Assembly: GCA_043228905.1 (NCBI GenBank)
Contig: JBHGNT010000008.1
Span: 19,716,001-19,780,000 of the forward strand
Length of the DNA: 64,000 bases
DNA from: Azolla caroliniana
Lineage: Eukaryota; Plantae; Polypodiophyta
Direction of reading: 5' to 3'
In this document: positions 40,401 to 51,604 of the stretch, in pieces
Numbering within the stretch: the stretch's first letter is position 1
How the letters are laid out: each line of letters starts with the position of its first letter
Notes under the pieces: model-generated
The model's input: the letters and a program-made list of their open reading frames with translations, nothing else
Database searches by the model: none
Told to the model about the DNA's origin: nothing
Translations under genes and position numbers: made by a program

Positions 40401-41625
40401 CGGGCCCCTTTCCCTTGCGTGCTGGGCATTGTGTGGCATAATGTTCGGGTTGCTGACAAATAAAACAGTGGATGCTTGATTCTCCCTTCTCAGCCCCAGG
40501 TGGAGTGTGCCGTTCTCCGGGCGCTACTTGCTCTTCGCGGTCCGGCCTCATTTGTCGGGACGTACGCGGTGGCTTCTGTTGATCCCGTCGTTGTTCCTGG
40601 TGCCGCTCATCCCCCGAGCTTTCGTCGTAACGCCGGTGATCCCTATATTGTCGAGGCTTACCTCGATAGCCATTGAAGCCGCCCTGTTTGTTCATCGGGC
40701 GTTGATGTTCGTATCGCCGACCTCCTTTGGCGTAACTCAGATGTCCACGATAATCCTCGTCCTCCGGGTCCTCCTCCTCGGACTCGTTGTGATTCCGGCG
40801 ATTCCAGTTGTACCTGTCCTCCCGTGGGTTGCGATCCTTATACCGGGGTCGGTCTTCTTACCTCCTTTGTTCCACCTGATGTGGTTGCCGCTGTGTGTCC
40901 ATGCTGCGGACCGCGGGCGTGGCTCTATTTAACATATTGTACTCACATTGGTCGATTGTGTAAACCTTCGAGTGGCAGATTGGGTAGTGGATTCGCATAT
41001 TGCACTCCATCGCGGAATGCCCCGAGTTCAAGCAAATCGTGCACTGGACTTCCTGACGAAATTGGCGTTCCTCATCCTGAGGTAACGCTTGTCGTAAGAA
41101 TGACATCGAAAACCTCTCCTCCTCGTCATCCAGCTCGAGCTGTAACGCTCATTCAATCACCATATCCGCCGTTTCCCCTTTCACGCTATTGATGTTGAGC
41201 GTTGCCCTGATGGGCCGGCGTAACGCTGCCAGAAAGGTCTCCCGTGCCTCCTCCGCAGGGCTTCAATCCAGTTTCCGTCGTAAATTTTGGAACCGTAAGC
41301 TGAAGTCTGCTATTGTCTTGGTCAGTAGTTGCTTAATTGTATAAAACTGCCCGAGAATCTCGTGTTGTGGAACCTTCCGGTGGAAAAAACGCAAGAAGGC
41401 GGACTGGAGCTGAACAAAGGTTGTTATGGCCGGTAAATCCATCTGTGAATGCCAGAACGCCGCATGCCCATCTAATGTTAATCCGAACTCCGTCATTTTC
41501 GATTGGTGTGCCACCGTCTCGGAAAGGTTCTGTGCCATGTGGTTCGCATTCCAAACGTTCAAGAACATGCGAATATGAGTTGCGGCGTCGGTTTCGCCGT
41601 TAAAGCGGGGGTAGGCAAAGGCCAT
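37440..41625 (-). pseudogene. gypsy gag-pol (frameshifted; RNase H C-terminus and integrase zinc finger deleted)
   Basis: gag FGLTLDGHAAFW; Zn knuckles CTICLNSGH and CFICQQPEH; PR VIDDGSGVN; RT VCVDYRKLN, FLDDF; RH VFVDASD; junction YYASRKLS|AAARTDNKYI; IN ISDQGNHF, WTGPY. Confidence 0.92.
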
Positions 41626-44600
41626 CGTGGGAGCTACGGCGGATCGGAGAAGGTCACCGGGAGGCTACGGTAAGCGCGGTCCCCTCACCTCATCGAGGTA
41701 TTTGCACTCCTGGCAGGTATTACTGGGGTCGCCGATGCGCAGCTTTTGCCGAGCGCGTTCTTCTGCCTGGCGCGTGACGGACCTTGTTATTGGCCGGTCT
41801 TGTCTTGTTGGTTCTCTAAGTCGTCTGTGGCTAAACATCCATTCGTTGTTGCTCGTCTGTGAGGAAACACAGATCACCAAGCGTGCCAAAAGCGTTACCT
41901 CTTAGGAAACACGGTCCGTGGTCAGTCCTTCGACCTAGACCCCAAGGTGGGTGTGGAACAACGAACAGAGCTTAATCGTACTACGTAAGGAGAGAACCTC
42001 AGTGATTCCTCCGTGTGTACGGGGAGACGGCTACAACCGACTCCTTATCATAGGTTGCGCTTATGTACTACTACGATTAAGTATCCGAGACACAAACACT
42101 GAATTAGCCGTAGCTATACACAGAAACTCAGAGAAGATAGTATTCTATTATCAAGCGTTCTTTTACATTTCCCAAAATTTACACGCACCTCCTTACGAGG
42201 TTTTCTGCCCTTTATATATGCAGGGTCTAATTAGTCGTTCACGCTTCCCCGCGTGAACCGTTACATACATTACACTTTATATAGTTTCTTATTCCTACGG
42301 TTTTGGCCGTCGATTACTATTCCGGCGGACAACACTCGACATAATTCATTCCGATGTATGGGGTCCGGCTCAAATGGCGACATTCGGCGGATGCTGATAC
42401 TACGTGACCTTTATTGATGACTTCTCTAGGCACACATGGATCTACCCAATGCAACAAAAGAGAAGTGTTCGGACACTTCCAAAATTTTAAGAATGAAGTC
42501 GAGAAAGCCACAAGCCGACAGGTACGATGTCTTCAGTCGGATGGAGGAAAGGAGTACTTCTCCAACGAATTTTCGGCGTTTCTACGAAAAGAAGGAATAT
42601 GGTGAGAGTTTTCGTGTGGACATATGCCATAACAAAACGGAGTGGCCGAACGCAAGAATCGACACATCCTCGAAGTGGCACGGGCTATGGTTAACGAAAA
42701 GCACATGCCGAAATCGTATTGGGCGGAAGCAGCCAACATGGTTGTCTATGTCATGTATCAGTGTACAACATCGGGTGTGCACGAACTTAGTCCGCACGAG
42801 AAGCTCTTTGGAAAGAAGTCGGACCTATCGCATGTTCGGATATTCAGTTCCATTGCGTACGTGCATATCCCTGACGAGAAGCATCAAAAGCTTGACCCGA
42901 AGTTGGAGAAATGTATCCTCGTAGGATACTCATTAGAGCAAAAGGGGTACAAGTGCTACAACCCCTCAGCTCAAAAATCTTGAGTAAGTCGAGATGTCGT
43001 TTTTTATGAGTCTGCATCCTGGTACGCACCAGAGACAACTTCGACTCCGATTCCGCTCGACCCGGAATCTGCTGAACAAGTATTAGAGGATGAAGATATC
43101 TTTACGTGCATGTTTGAAGAAAGTCCGATGATGACCCGATTGAGCGGACCACAAGAGCCTCTGAGTGATCAATGCACATCTCAACCGAGTCCGAAGCTAG
43201 ACAAAGGGAAGGCCAAAATGCCGGAGTATGAAGACGCTCATTTTGATGGCAACAAATCGACTCACTCCCTCAATAGTGTGTTCGAAGGCCTTGACATCCA
43301 GACAAATGGAGTGAAGAAAGCCTTAGAATCCGCAAATGAGAAGCTACGCCGATCCACCCGTGAAAAGAACCCCGTAAGCCGCTTCGGCTACGATGAGTAT
43401 ATGGCATACCATTACACCTTTATGATGAAGGTTGCAACAGTACGGGAGACGAAAACCTTTTCCGAAGCCGCGATGGATCGAAGCAATGAATGAGGAGATG
43501 TGTGCACTACGCAAGAACAACACATGGGATATCGCTCCCCACTCACCGCACAAGAAGGCGATAGGCTGCAAATGGATCTACAAGGTGAAGTATAATGCCA
43601 ATGGTTTCGTGAATCGCTACAAATCTCGACTTGTTGCGAAAGGATACGCGCAAACACATGGAGTCGACTATGGAGTCGGCAAAGATGACGAATGTGCGGA
43701 CCATGATCGCACTTGCAGTGGCGAAAGGGTGTCACCTCCATCAAATGGACGTCAAGAATGCCTTTCTTCAAGGCGAATTAGACGAGGAGGTGTACATGGT
43801 ACAACCACTCGGCTTCAAATCGCGCATTCATCCAAAAGTTATATGCCAACTCAAGAAGCCTCTCTACAGCCTCAAGCAAGCACCACGTGCCTGGCATTCG
43901 AAGATTACGTAATATCTTCATCAAATCGGCTTTCAAATGTCGAAATCCAACAACTCCCTCTATGTACGACATGACTCTAGAAGCCTAATTGTCATCATCC
44001 TATATGTGGATGATCTGGTCATTGGAGGTGAAAGTCTAGTCAACATCCACAAGGTCAAGTCCCTCCCCTTCGGAAAATTCGAGATGACGGACATGAAGGA
44101 TCTCCATTACTTCCTGGGCATCGAAGTAATTCGGATTCCGGCTGGCATTATGATCTCTCAACAACACTACATTCTCAACTTGTTATACAACTTCCGGATG
44201 ACTAAGTGCAAATCGATCGCTACGACTCTTGATCGAAACCTCAAACTAGATGTTGACTCCGGCATAGACGAATGCGAGCAGACCCAATATCGTCAACTGA
44301 TCGGGAGACTCATCTATCTCATGATCACTTGACTTGACCTTAGCTATCCAGTCAAACTCCTCAACCAATTCATGCAAAAAACATGCGACATTCACTTGGA
44401 TTGCGCTAAGCGAGTATTACAATACGTGAGCGGCACAGTGGATTACGACGTTCTCTATGCATCGGCCACACCAATATGACTCGACGGGTACACAGACACA
44501 AACTGGGCAGGCTACAAAGCTGATAGAAGATCGACCTATGGATTTGTCTTCTCGCTCGGTAGCGGAGAAATATCTTGGAGGAGTAAGAAGCAGCCTACCG

Positions 44601-45624
44601 TCGCATTTTTGAGTACGGAGGCCGAATACAAGGGCGCAACCATAGCTACATGTGAAACCGTATGGCTCAAGAGGATTTTGAAGGATCTGGGTGTCCCCAT
44701 CAAGGATTCAACTCCCATTTACTACAACAATATGAGCAGTATATATCTGATTCGGAACCCGGTGTTCCATACACGCAGAAAGCATATCAAAGTGCACTAT
44801 CACTTCATTCAAGAGCGCGTACAAGCCAGAGATGTCAACCTTCAACACATCAACACGAATCTTCAAATAGCCGAAATCTTCACCAAAGCCTTAGGAGCTG
44901 ACAAGCTTGAGGGGGAGTACAAATGAGAACTGAATACCGTCTGAACCGGGTATGAGCCGAAGCAGACACTGGAGATCGTCGGAACCGGATACCAACCGAA
45001 GCGGACATCAATCGAAAGGAACCAACCCGAGTTGAGCTTGAGGGGGCGTGTTGAGAATCAAGATCAACATAGCACAACGTGTGAACACACCTTTTGAGAA
45101 TCTATGATTACTCAAAGGTCAAGAGTCACACCACTACTCTCTACACATTAACTATGTGTCATAGAATCATATTCTATGACACATAACTAATGAGTTACAT
45201 ATTCCCCATGACTATGAGTCTTCACATTCCCCAAGAGAGAGAGTGGTTGTTGTAAGTTAATGAAGAGGGAGGGTGACTCTATATAAAGCACCCTCCTCAT
45301 ACTTCATACGAAGTCGGTTGTGACTCCTTGTAACGCTATTTTGTATCTCATATTCTACTTGTTAATATACATCTCCTTCTTCTTCTTGAGTACTTCATAT
45401 TGTCTCTTATCTACCTTGTGTTTCCCTCCTCTCCTCTCTTCTCTCACACATACACACATAACTCACATCTCTTCCGCTTCACAAAAATCATATGCGTTTG
45501 TTTAGAAAAATCTTCATTTTGAGGAGATTTGAGCACTGCAAAATGATCTCCAACTTCCAATAAAATTGTCAAGTCCTCACATTGGTTGTAGTATATGTTA
45601 TCCATGGGACAATAAGACAAAGGT

Positions 45625-47630
45625 GTGAAAAGGATAGTAAAAGTAATGTGTGGAAGGGGACAAGTAGGTCAAGTGTGAAAAGATAAAAGACGTCGAGCAC
45701 TAGCAGCCAAGGGGAAAAGTAACTGAAATTTAAGCAGCCGTAAACATAGGCTGAGGATTAGGAGAGAGTAGTTGGAACGCGCCGATGAAGGAGAGAGCTA
45801 TATAAATCATGAAGTGGAAAAAATAGAAGACACAAGGAGATACAGAAGATATATCTAATTCAAGCCAAAGTGACTGAGCTTAGAAATCTAAATGTGTATT
45901 GAGAGAGTGATCAATACCGATTATACTCAATTTGTACTACCATTTTATTATCTATTCAGTAATCAAATAAGTATACTTTTTGGGTCCATCTTTGTGCTTG
46001 TCGCATTTTCAATTCCATTTGCGATTGTGCTATCTGTTTTATAAGTCGTGAGTATGAATCAGTTGTAGCCGATATCTCGGAGTGTCCAACCCAAAAGGGT
46101 GTAACGTTTTGGCCCCATACTGGGCTCTACCTTAGTCTCTTACGCGACCACGATTCCTTGACCCGATTACTCAGGAGTAATCGAAGATGTTCCTAAGGAA
46201 AGGAGTAACACAATTTGGCTCGCCCGGTTCACGCTGTGAAGTCACAACGAACAACACGTAGGAGAAACCCTAGTTGCTATAACGGCGCCCACCCGCGGCA
46301 TACATTCTCGGCTACCATCCCGATGAGCCAAACCAGCCGAAGGCATCTCCGACTCCATGCTCACGCAGCAATCACCACCACATGAATTCCCACCAAAGCA
46401 ATCACCATCGCACCAATCCCCCCGCCTGTAGGCAATGCTTAGTCAAATGTGGGCTTTGACCCCGTTTCGCCCCGCTGCCCCCCCCCAAAGTCAACCAAGC
46501 TGATGACAACCCCTTTCTAGTGTTAGTCAAAGATCTAGATTTAGACAACATGCCGTATCTGTATCAGTGTTACGTGGATGGTCCCGACCTAGAATCACAG
46601 ACCAGATCCTTCTTGTCGACATGGCAAGCCAATAATTTGGCGCAACATCGGACCGCTACCGAGGTTGACTTGTAGAAAATCGCGGAGTCCACATTGTCTC
46701 TTGATGGACCCGCAACATCCTGGTATTCTCGGCACGATCTAGGGGAATTTGCGACATTTCAAGATGTCCACAATCGATTCCTCGAACTTTTCCACCGAGA
46801 GATACATGAGCGAGAACTGTTGCGCCAGTTCTACACAATTGCACAAGATCCGAATGAATAGTCTCCTAGTTTACGATCCGCTTCCAGGATCTTTTCCACT
46901 AGTCTTAGCCAATTGGAGCACAGTCAGTGGAGACGAAAAGCGTTCATCGATTGCCACCACAAAGGGACCGAAAAATTATTTGAACTTGGCAGAGCAGTCT
47001 TGGTTTTCAAAACTCAGCTCAGATCGATGGTGGGGACTTCGTTTTCGCTAGACATGACCGTTTGGGATTATTGACGAGTTCAACAGGATGTTGCAGCTTG
47101 GTACATTAGCCAACGACATCATGCCGAAATGGGTTAATGGATTTTGCTTAAAGCCATATCTCAGCCGTACACCACCCAACCCATTCGCCGACAAACTCCA
47201 CGGCCATGATCGGCCCACAGTAGGTGAAACGGAGGCTCACGGGGGTACATCGGCCAAATTACAATAACTACCCCACGTACCCGAAAATGTATATTATGTG
47301 TCTATTAAGTGAAAAAGAAAAAAGAAAAAAAGTGACCCACTAAGTTACGTGTCTATTTAAGGAGCATGCACACAACATGAGAAAAGGAACTACAAACTGT
47401 TTCCAACGCGTGGCCTTAAAACCTCATATGGTAGGGAAAATTCTGAATCTAGGGCACAAGGCCACGTCTCGAGAACCGAGGGCCATACATAAACTAGGGC
47501 ACCACATGTGCAACACTCACATACGCATAGACACCCATAACCCTCAAGATTTCTCGCCTTCTGAATAGAAGCTCTCTCACTCTCTTGTTCCCTACACAGA
47601 AGCCTCCTCACTCTCTCGCTCCCAGTACAG
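45625..47630 (+). mobile_element. Internally deleted Athila/Tat-like gypsy relic: LTR end, PBS-like site, gag fused to the integrase end
   Basis: LTR-like end GGGTGTAACG at 46106 then TGGCCCCATACTGGG; gag text (TWQANN..LSLDGPATSWY..FHRE..QFYTI) similar to 41263-41625; GRAVLVF and WVNGFCLKPY. The 5' boundary is uncertain. Confidence 0.7.
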
Positions 47631-49650
47631 ACATCCTTTCGAACGGTGTTGTACATAGCAGCAAGCATGGATCTCGAAGTCGAACAAATTGATGTTAAGA
47701 AAAAGTTCTTGCATGGCAATCTTGAAGAAGAGATATACATGCCTCTCACGGAAGGATCCGAAGAAAAAGGTAAAGGAAACCTGGTATGCCGATTTAGGAA
47801 GAGCTTATATGGGTTGAAGCAAGCACCTCGGCAATGGTACCAAAAGTTTGAATCTTTCATGGTGGATCATGGTTTCGGCAAGACACAAGTTGATCATTGC
47901 ATTTTTGTCAAGAAGTATGATGGAGGAGATTTTCACATCCTCCTGTTGTATGTTGATGACATCCTAATTGTCGAACTTGACTCGAGGAAAATCAAAAGCT
48001 TGAAGAAGGCCTTGAGTAGGTTGTTCTCGATGAAAGATATGGCTCCGGCAAAACAATCCCTGGGAATGCACATTGTTCAGGATGGAACAAATCGGTGGGC
48101 TCGACACTGCCAACAAATTGTAAGTTGTCCAAAAACCAGAGTCCAAAATCGAAAACCGCGATGGCCAAGATGTTAAAAGTTGCTTATGCCTCGGTAGTCG
48201 GAAGCCTAATGTATCGAATGGTTTGCACTAGGCCGCATCTAGCGTATGCAGTCGGAGTGATTAGCCGATATATGAGCAATCCCGAAAGAGAGCACTGGGC
48301 AGCTGTGAAGTGGATAATTCGGTACATGAAAGGCACCTTGAATGTGTGTCTTCGATTCGACTCGGGTAATCCCACACTAAAAGGTTATGCTGACTCAGAC
48401 ATGTCGGCTAATGTGGATACCCATCGATCCACCTCCGAGTACGGAATGACTTATGTAGGGGGGGCTATTTTGTCGTAGTCGAGGCTATAGAAGGTCGTGG
48501 CGTTGTCGTGAAGTTATTGCTTCAAGATGTCAAAACAATGTAAAAAATCTATAGAAAGAAATTTCTTATATGGATCTTGTGACGAGGAGCATGTGAAAAT
48601 TTTCGGTTCGTGAATTGGAGTTTAGGAGCCCAAGATACAAGCTTCGGAAGGATTAATGTTACTCGGGACAGAAATGTAATTATGTCAAAAGGGGGAGTCA
48701 AAATTAAATGAGGGCTATTTCTATAATTTCTCAAATGTACAACTACAAAATCGAATTTGTAGAATCAATAAATAAAAATAAATAAATAAAATAAAATAAA
48801 AAATACCAACCGCCTCAAGAGGGTGGTAGGGTGGTTGACCACCCTATATAAGCCACACCCATGGTGGCTAAAGAGGGGGAAAGAAGGGGAAAGAAGGAAG
48901 AAGAAGGGGGAGAAGAAGAGGAAGGAAAAGCGAGTGAAGAAGCTCGCGTGGGTGTGGGATGCAGAGCTCCCTAAAGAAGATTGTGGCTTGCATAAATCAA
49001 GACAAGAGTTAAAGAAAAGAAATAAAATATAATAAAAAGAAGAAGCTGAAGTGGTGTATCTTAGGTGCCTTATTGTAAACAAAAGGTTGTGAGTTTGAAT
49101 CCTCTTAGAACAACTCCTTTTGGTAATCAAATTTTGTAATATAAATTCAGTAGATATAAACTGAAAGAGAAACATAAATAAATAGAAACCAAAGAGATTG
49201 AAGTGGCCTATCTCAAACGCTTCTTCTCAAATAGAGTTCACGAGTTCAAGTCTTTCCAAGTAACTTTTGGCAAATAAATATTGTAAGTGGTGGTTTTACA
49301 AATAAAATTCTTTTTGCCACAACGTCACATCTAACTTGCCTTCTCGGCTTCTTGTCATCGCACCATCTGCGATTATGCCTTGTCACCCCGATCATCCTCG
49401 AGTCACAGAACCCCGGCGGTTGCGACACACAACCACAATCTTCTCGACACAAATTTGGTGAACCCAACATGAAAGCGTGTGTGAACTAAAACTGTCACGA
49501 CAGCGTTGTCGACCACGGAAGCCAAGTACATGGCCGCAACGGAAGTCATTTGGATGAAGGAGTTCATCAGAGAGTTGGGAATTCTGTAGGAGGAATTCCG
49601 ACTCCACTACGATAATCAGAGTGCCATCCACTCTAGGCCCTTGAGACAAA
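47630..49650 (+). pseudogene. copia RT/RNase H fragment (Tnt1-like), split by a solo LTR
   Basis: QIDVKKKFLHG, LLYVDDIL, YASVVGSLMY, KVVA|LSTTEAKYM. Confidence 0.9.
48504..49502 (+). mobile_element. Solo LTR (TGTCGTGAAG family)
   Basis: TGTCGTG...CACGACA with perfect 4-bp TSD GCGT; TATA at ~48845; removal restores VALSTTE. Confidence 0.85.
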
Positions 49651-50634
49651 ACTACACCATCTCATCTTCCTCGACGATCACGTTAATGGACGCAAGTGAG
49701 TCACAGATGTCTTTGATCCGGGCCGTGTAGTCCAGCACTGACATGTCCTTCTGTTTGACATTGCGCAACTCTTGTCGAGTTGTAACTTCCAGGCCGTGGT
49801 GCTTGTGGCGAAGACCTTCTTCGGGTTTACCCAAGCTTCCTTTGGCATCTTGGCATCCCAGATATGGCTGAGCAGCTGATCACCGACACTAGACGTGAAG
49901 CAATATATTAGCTGACTTGCTGCTTGTTCCCAAGCGGGGAAGTCCCTATGTGTCCCATCAGGTGCTGTATCGTTATCTCCGTCAACATAACTCCAGTAGC
50001 CATGCCCGAGCAGGTACCGGTGCCTCTTGTACGACCAGGATGCATAGTTGGATCTGTCGAGCTTCTCCGTCGGCAGCGAGCTAGCCATTCCTCAGTCCAT
50101 TCTCACCTTCCTGTTCTTTACCGGGTGTTAGGTTTTGTCTGTAAATGTCAGTCATCGGCAGTAGAGGATTATCAACCCTCGTGCTTTGATACCATGTAAA
50201 AGATAATGTGCGGAAGCTAAGAACAAACTAGCTAGTCCGGATCACATCAGAACATAGAACGGAGGTTTGAATGGAAAGCTTGAATACACGGGAGAGATAG
50301 AGAGAGGAGAACAATAAAAACTCAATTCAAAATAATAACATTCTATCCATACAAATGTCCTATAGAACACTTTTTATACAAGTCCCTAAAAGGACTGATA
50401 AGTACTTCAATGCTCATACGAGCGACTGAAACTAACTCCAAGGAATATGCCTACGTACTAGGCTAAGGTTGTAGGCCTCTAACGACCTACCGGTTACACT
50501 CCGGTCCATCTCTCCAATCTGGTTCTTGCTTCAGGATACCGATCCGAATACCTATCTTGTTCTCCATTCCGGATACCAATCTAGCTCTGGCTTATTCAGC
50601 CGATCCGAATCCTATTGAGCTTGTCCGCTCAACG
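49650..50634 (-). mobile_element. 5' fragment of a copia of the 8151 family (LTR 50195-50634, PBS, gag)
   Basis: gag MASSLPTEKLDRSNYASW; PBS TGGTATCAAAGC at 50183-50194; LTR begins CGTTGAGCGGACAAGCTCAA. Confidence 0.9.
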
Positions 50635-51604
50635 GTTTTCTTTGCCAAGGCAATCTCCTTCCAAAATGTCAACACATTATCAATTATGCATCAGTTTTCC
50701 ATGATTCAACCCTGTTTGTACAACATGGATTAGTTCATTCAATTAGGGTTTTACCCTGTTGGCTAGTATATTGGCAATATCTTATATATTGTGTTGAGCA
50801 GCGTGATCGGTCTCTATTGCCTTGCATTAGTTATTAGACCTTGTACCTTAGGAATTAGTAATATCATCCCCTCTTGAAATTGCATAGTTATCTTTACATG
50901 CCAAACAACTTTCACCCCCATTTGACCCATCAACAAATCCCATGCAACTAGCTTAGACCCTTGTACCACCATTTGCATGCCACCCACCTTGTCCTCTTTG
51001 TACAAAGTCATGTGAAAATCCTCTACAAGGATCCATGCATCTACAATTGGCAGGACATCGACCAATTGCCTCCAAAAAATGGCTTGCTTTGTTGTCAAAT
51101 TGGGCACGACGCACATGCGTTTATTATTCCGACTTTACGTTGGTACCATCTGATAGTCACATAGATGGCTCATCCCTCCACTTTGGTGTCCTGTCCCACC
51201 ACAACGAGATATGAAGAATTCCTTATAGATGTACAGACACCCCCTTTCCTATCGTGCTCACCTTGACCTGGGGAACAAAACGTATGCCAATTCCCCTCAA
51301 GAGGATTTCCAATATTCAAGATCTTGTTCGTACTTACATGGTGCTCTTGCAACAACAAAATATCCGGGACCCCCTGAAACTCGGGGATTTGAACTCCTGG
51401 TGGAAGTTCTTCCTCTGCAACATACATTTGCTATTCCCTAGACCTTGTATGTTCCACATTAGTAATTTCATGAAAACATGAGTGAAGTCTCCCATGAAGG
51501 ACATAACCCCTCTCTGAGTCCATGCTCAACCGCCCTTACTAAGCCTCTCCCATCGCAGCATAACATCCTACCTCATTGTATCCTCCATTTCTCCTTGTAG
51601 ACGT

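Larger units (their letters stand above)
33865..42334 (-). mobile_element. Non-chromovirus Ty3/gypsy (Athila/Tat-like) with an extra ORF and no PPT
   Basis: 442-bp LTRs at 41893-42334 (5') and 33865-34306 (3'), about 11 substitutions by eye; TSD CTCGA; PBS TGGCACGCTTGGTG (41875-41888, tRNA-Arg(UCU)-like); gag, PR, RT, RH and IN on the minus strand. Confidence 0.96.
31481..45506 (+). mobile_element. Full-length degenerate Ty1/copia, related to the 8151 element, hosting a gypsy
   Basis: LTRs 31481-32145 (665 bp) and 45049-45506 (458 bp); TSD AAAAT; PBS TGGTATCAGAGC at 32146; PPT GAGGGGGCG; gag MGSALPSEKLDRNNF; integrase VLD|IIHSDVWG split by the gypsy. Confidence 0.95.
31150..45620 (-). pseudogene. 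C-terminal fragment of an unidentified protein (pieces ~45507-45620 and ~31150-31480), split by the copia
   Basis: Joining across TSD AAAAT gives LLEVGDHFAVLKSPQNEDFEDYYIVVCKQG..TDGWGNMF..VYGNYY. Confidence 0.5.

Noticed and set aside
46110-46127. tRNA assignment for the PBS-like TGGCCCCATACTGGGCTC
   Set aside because: I could not match it confidently to a tRNA from memory; left unassigned.
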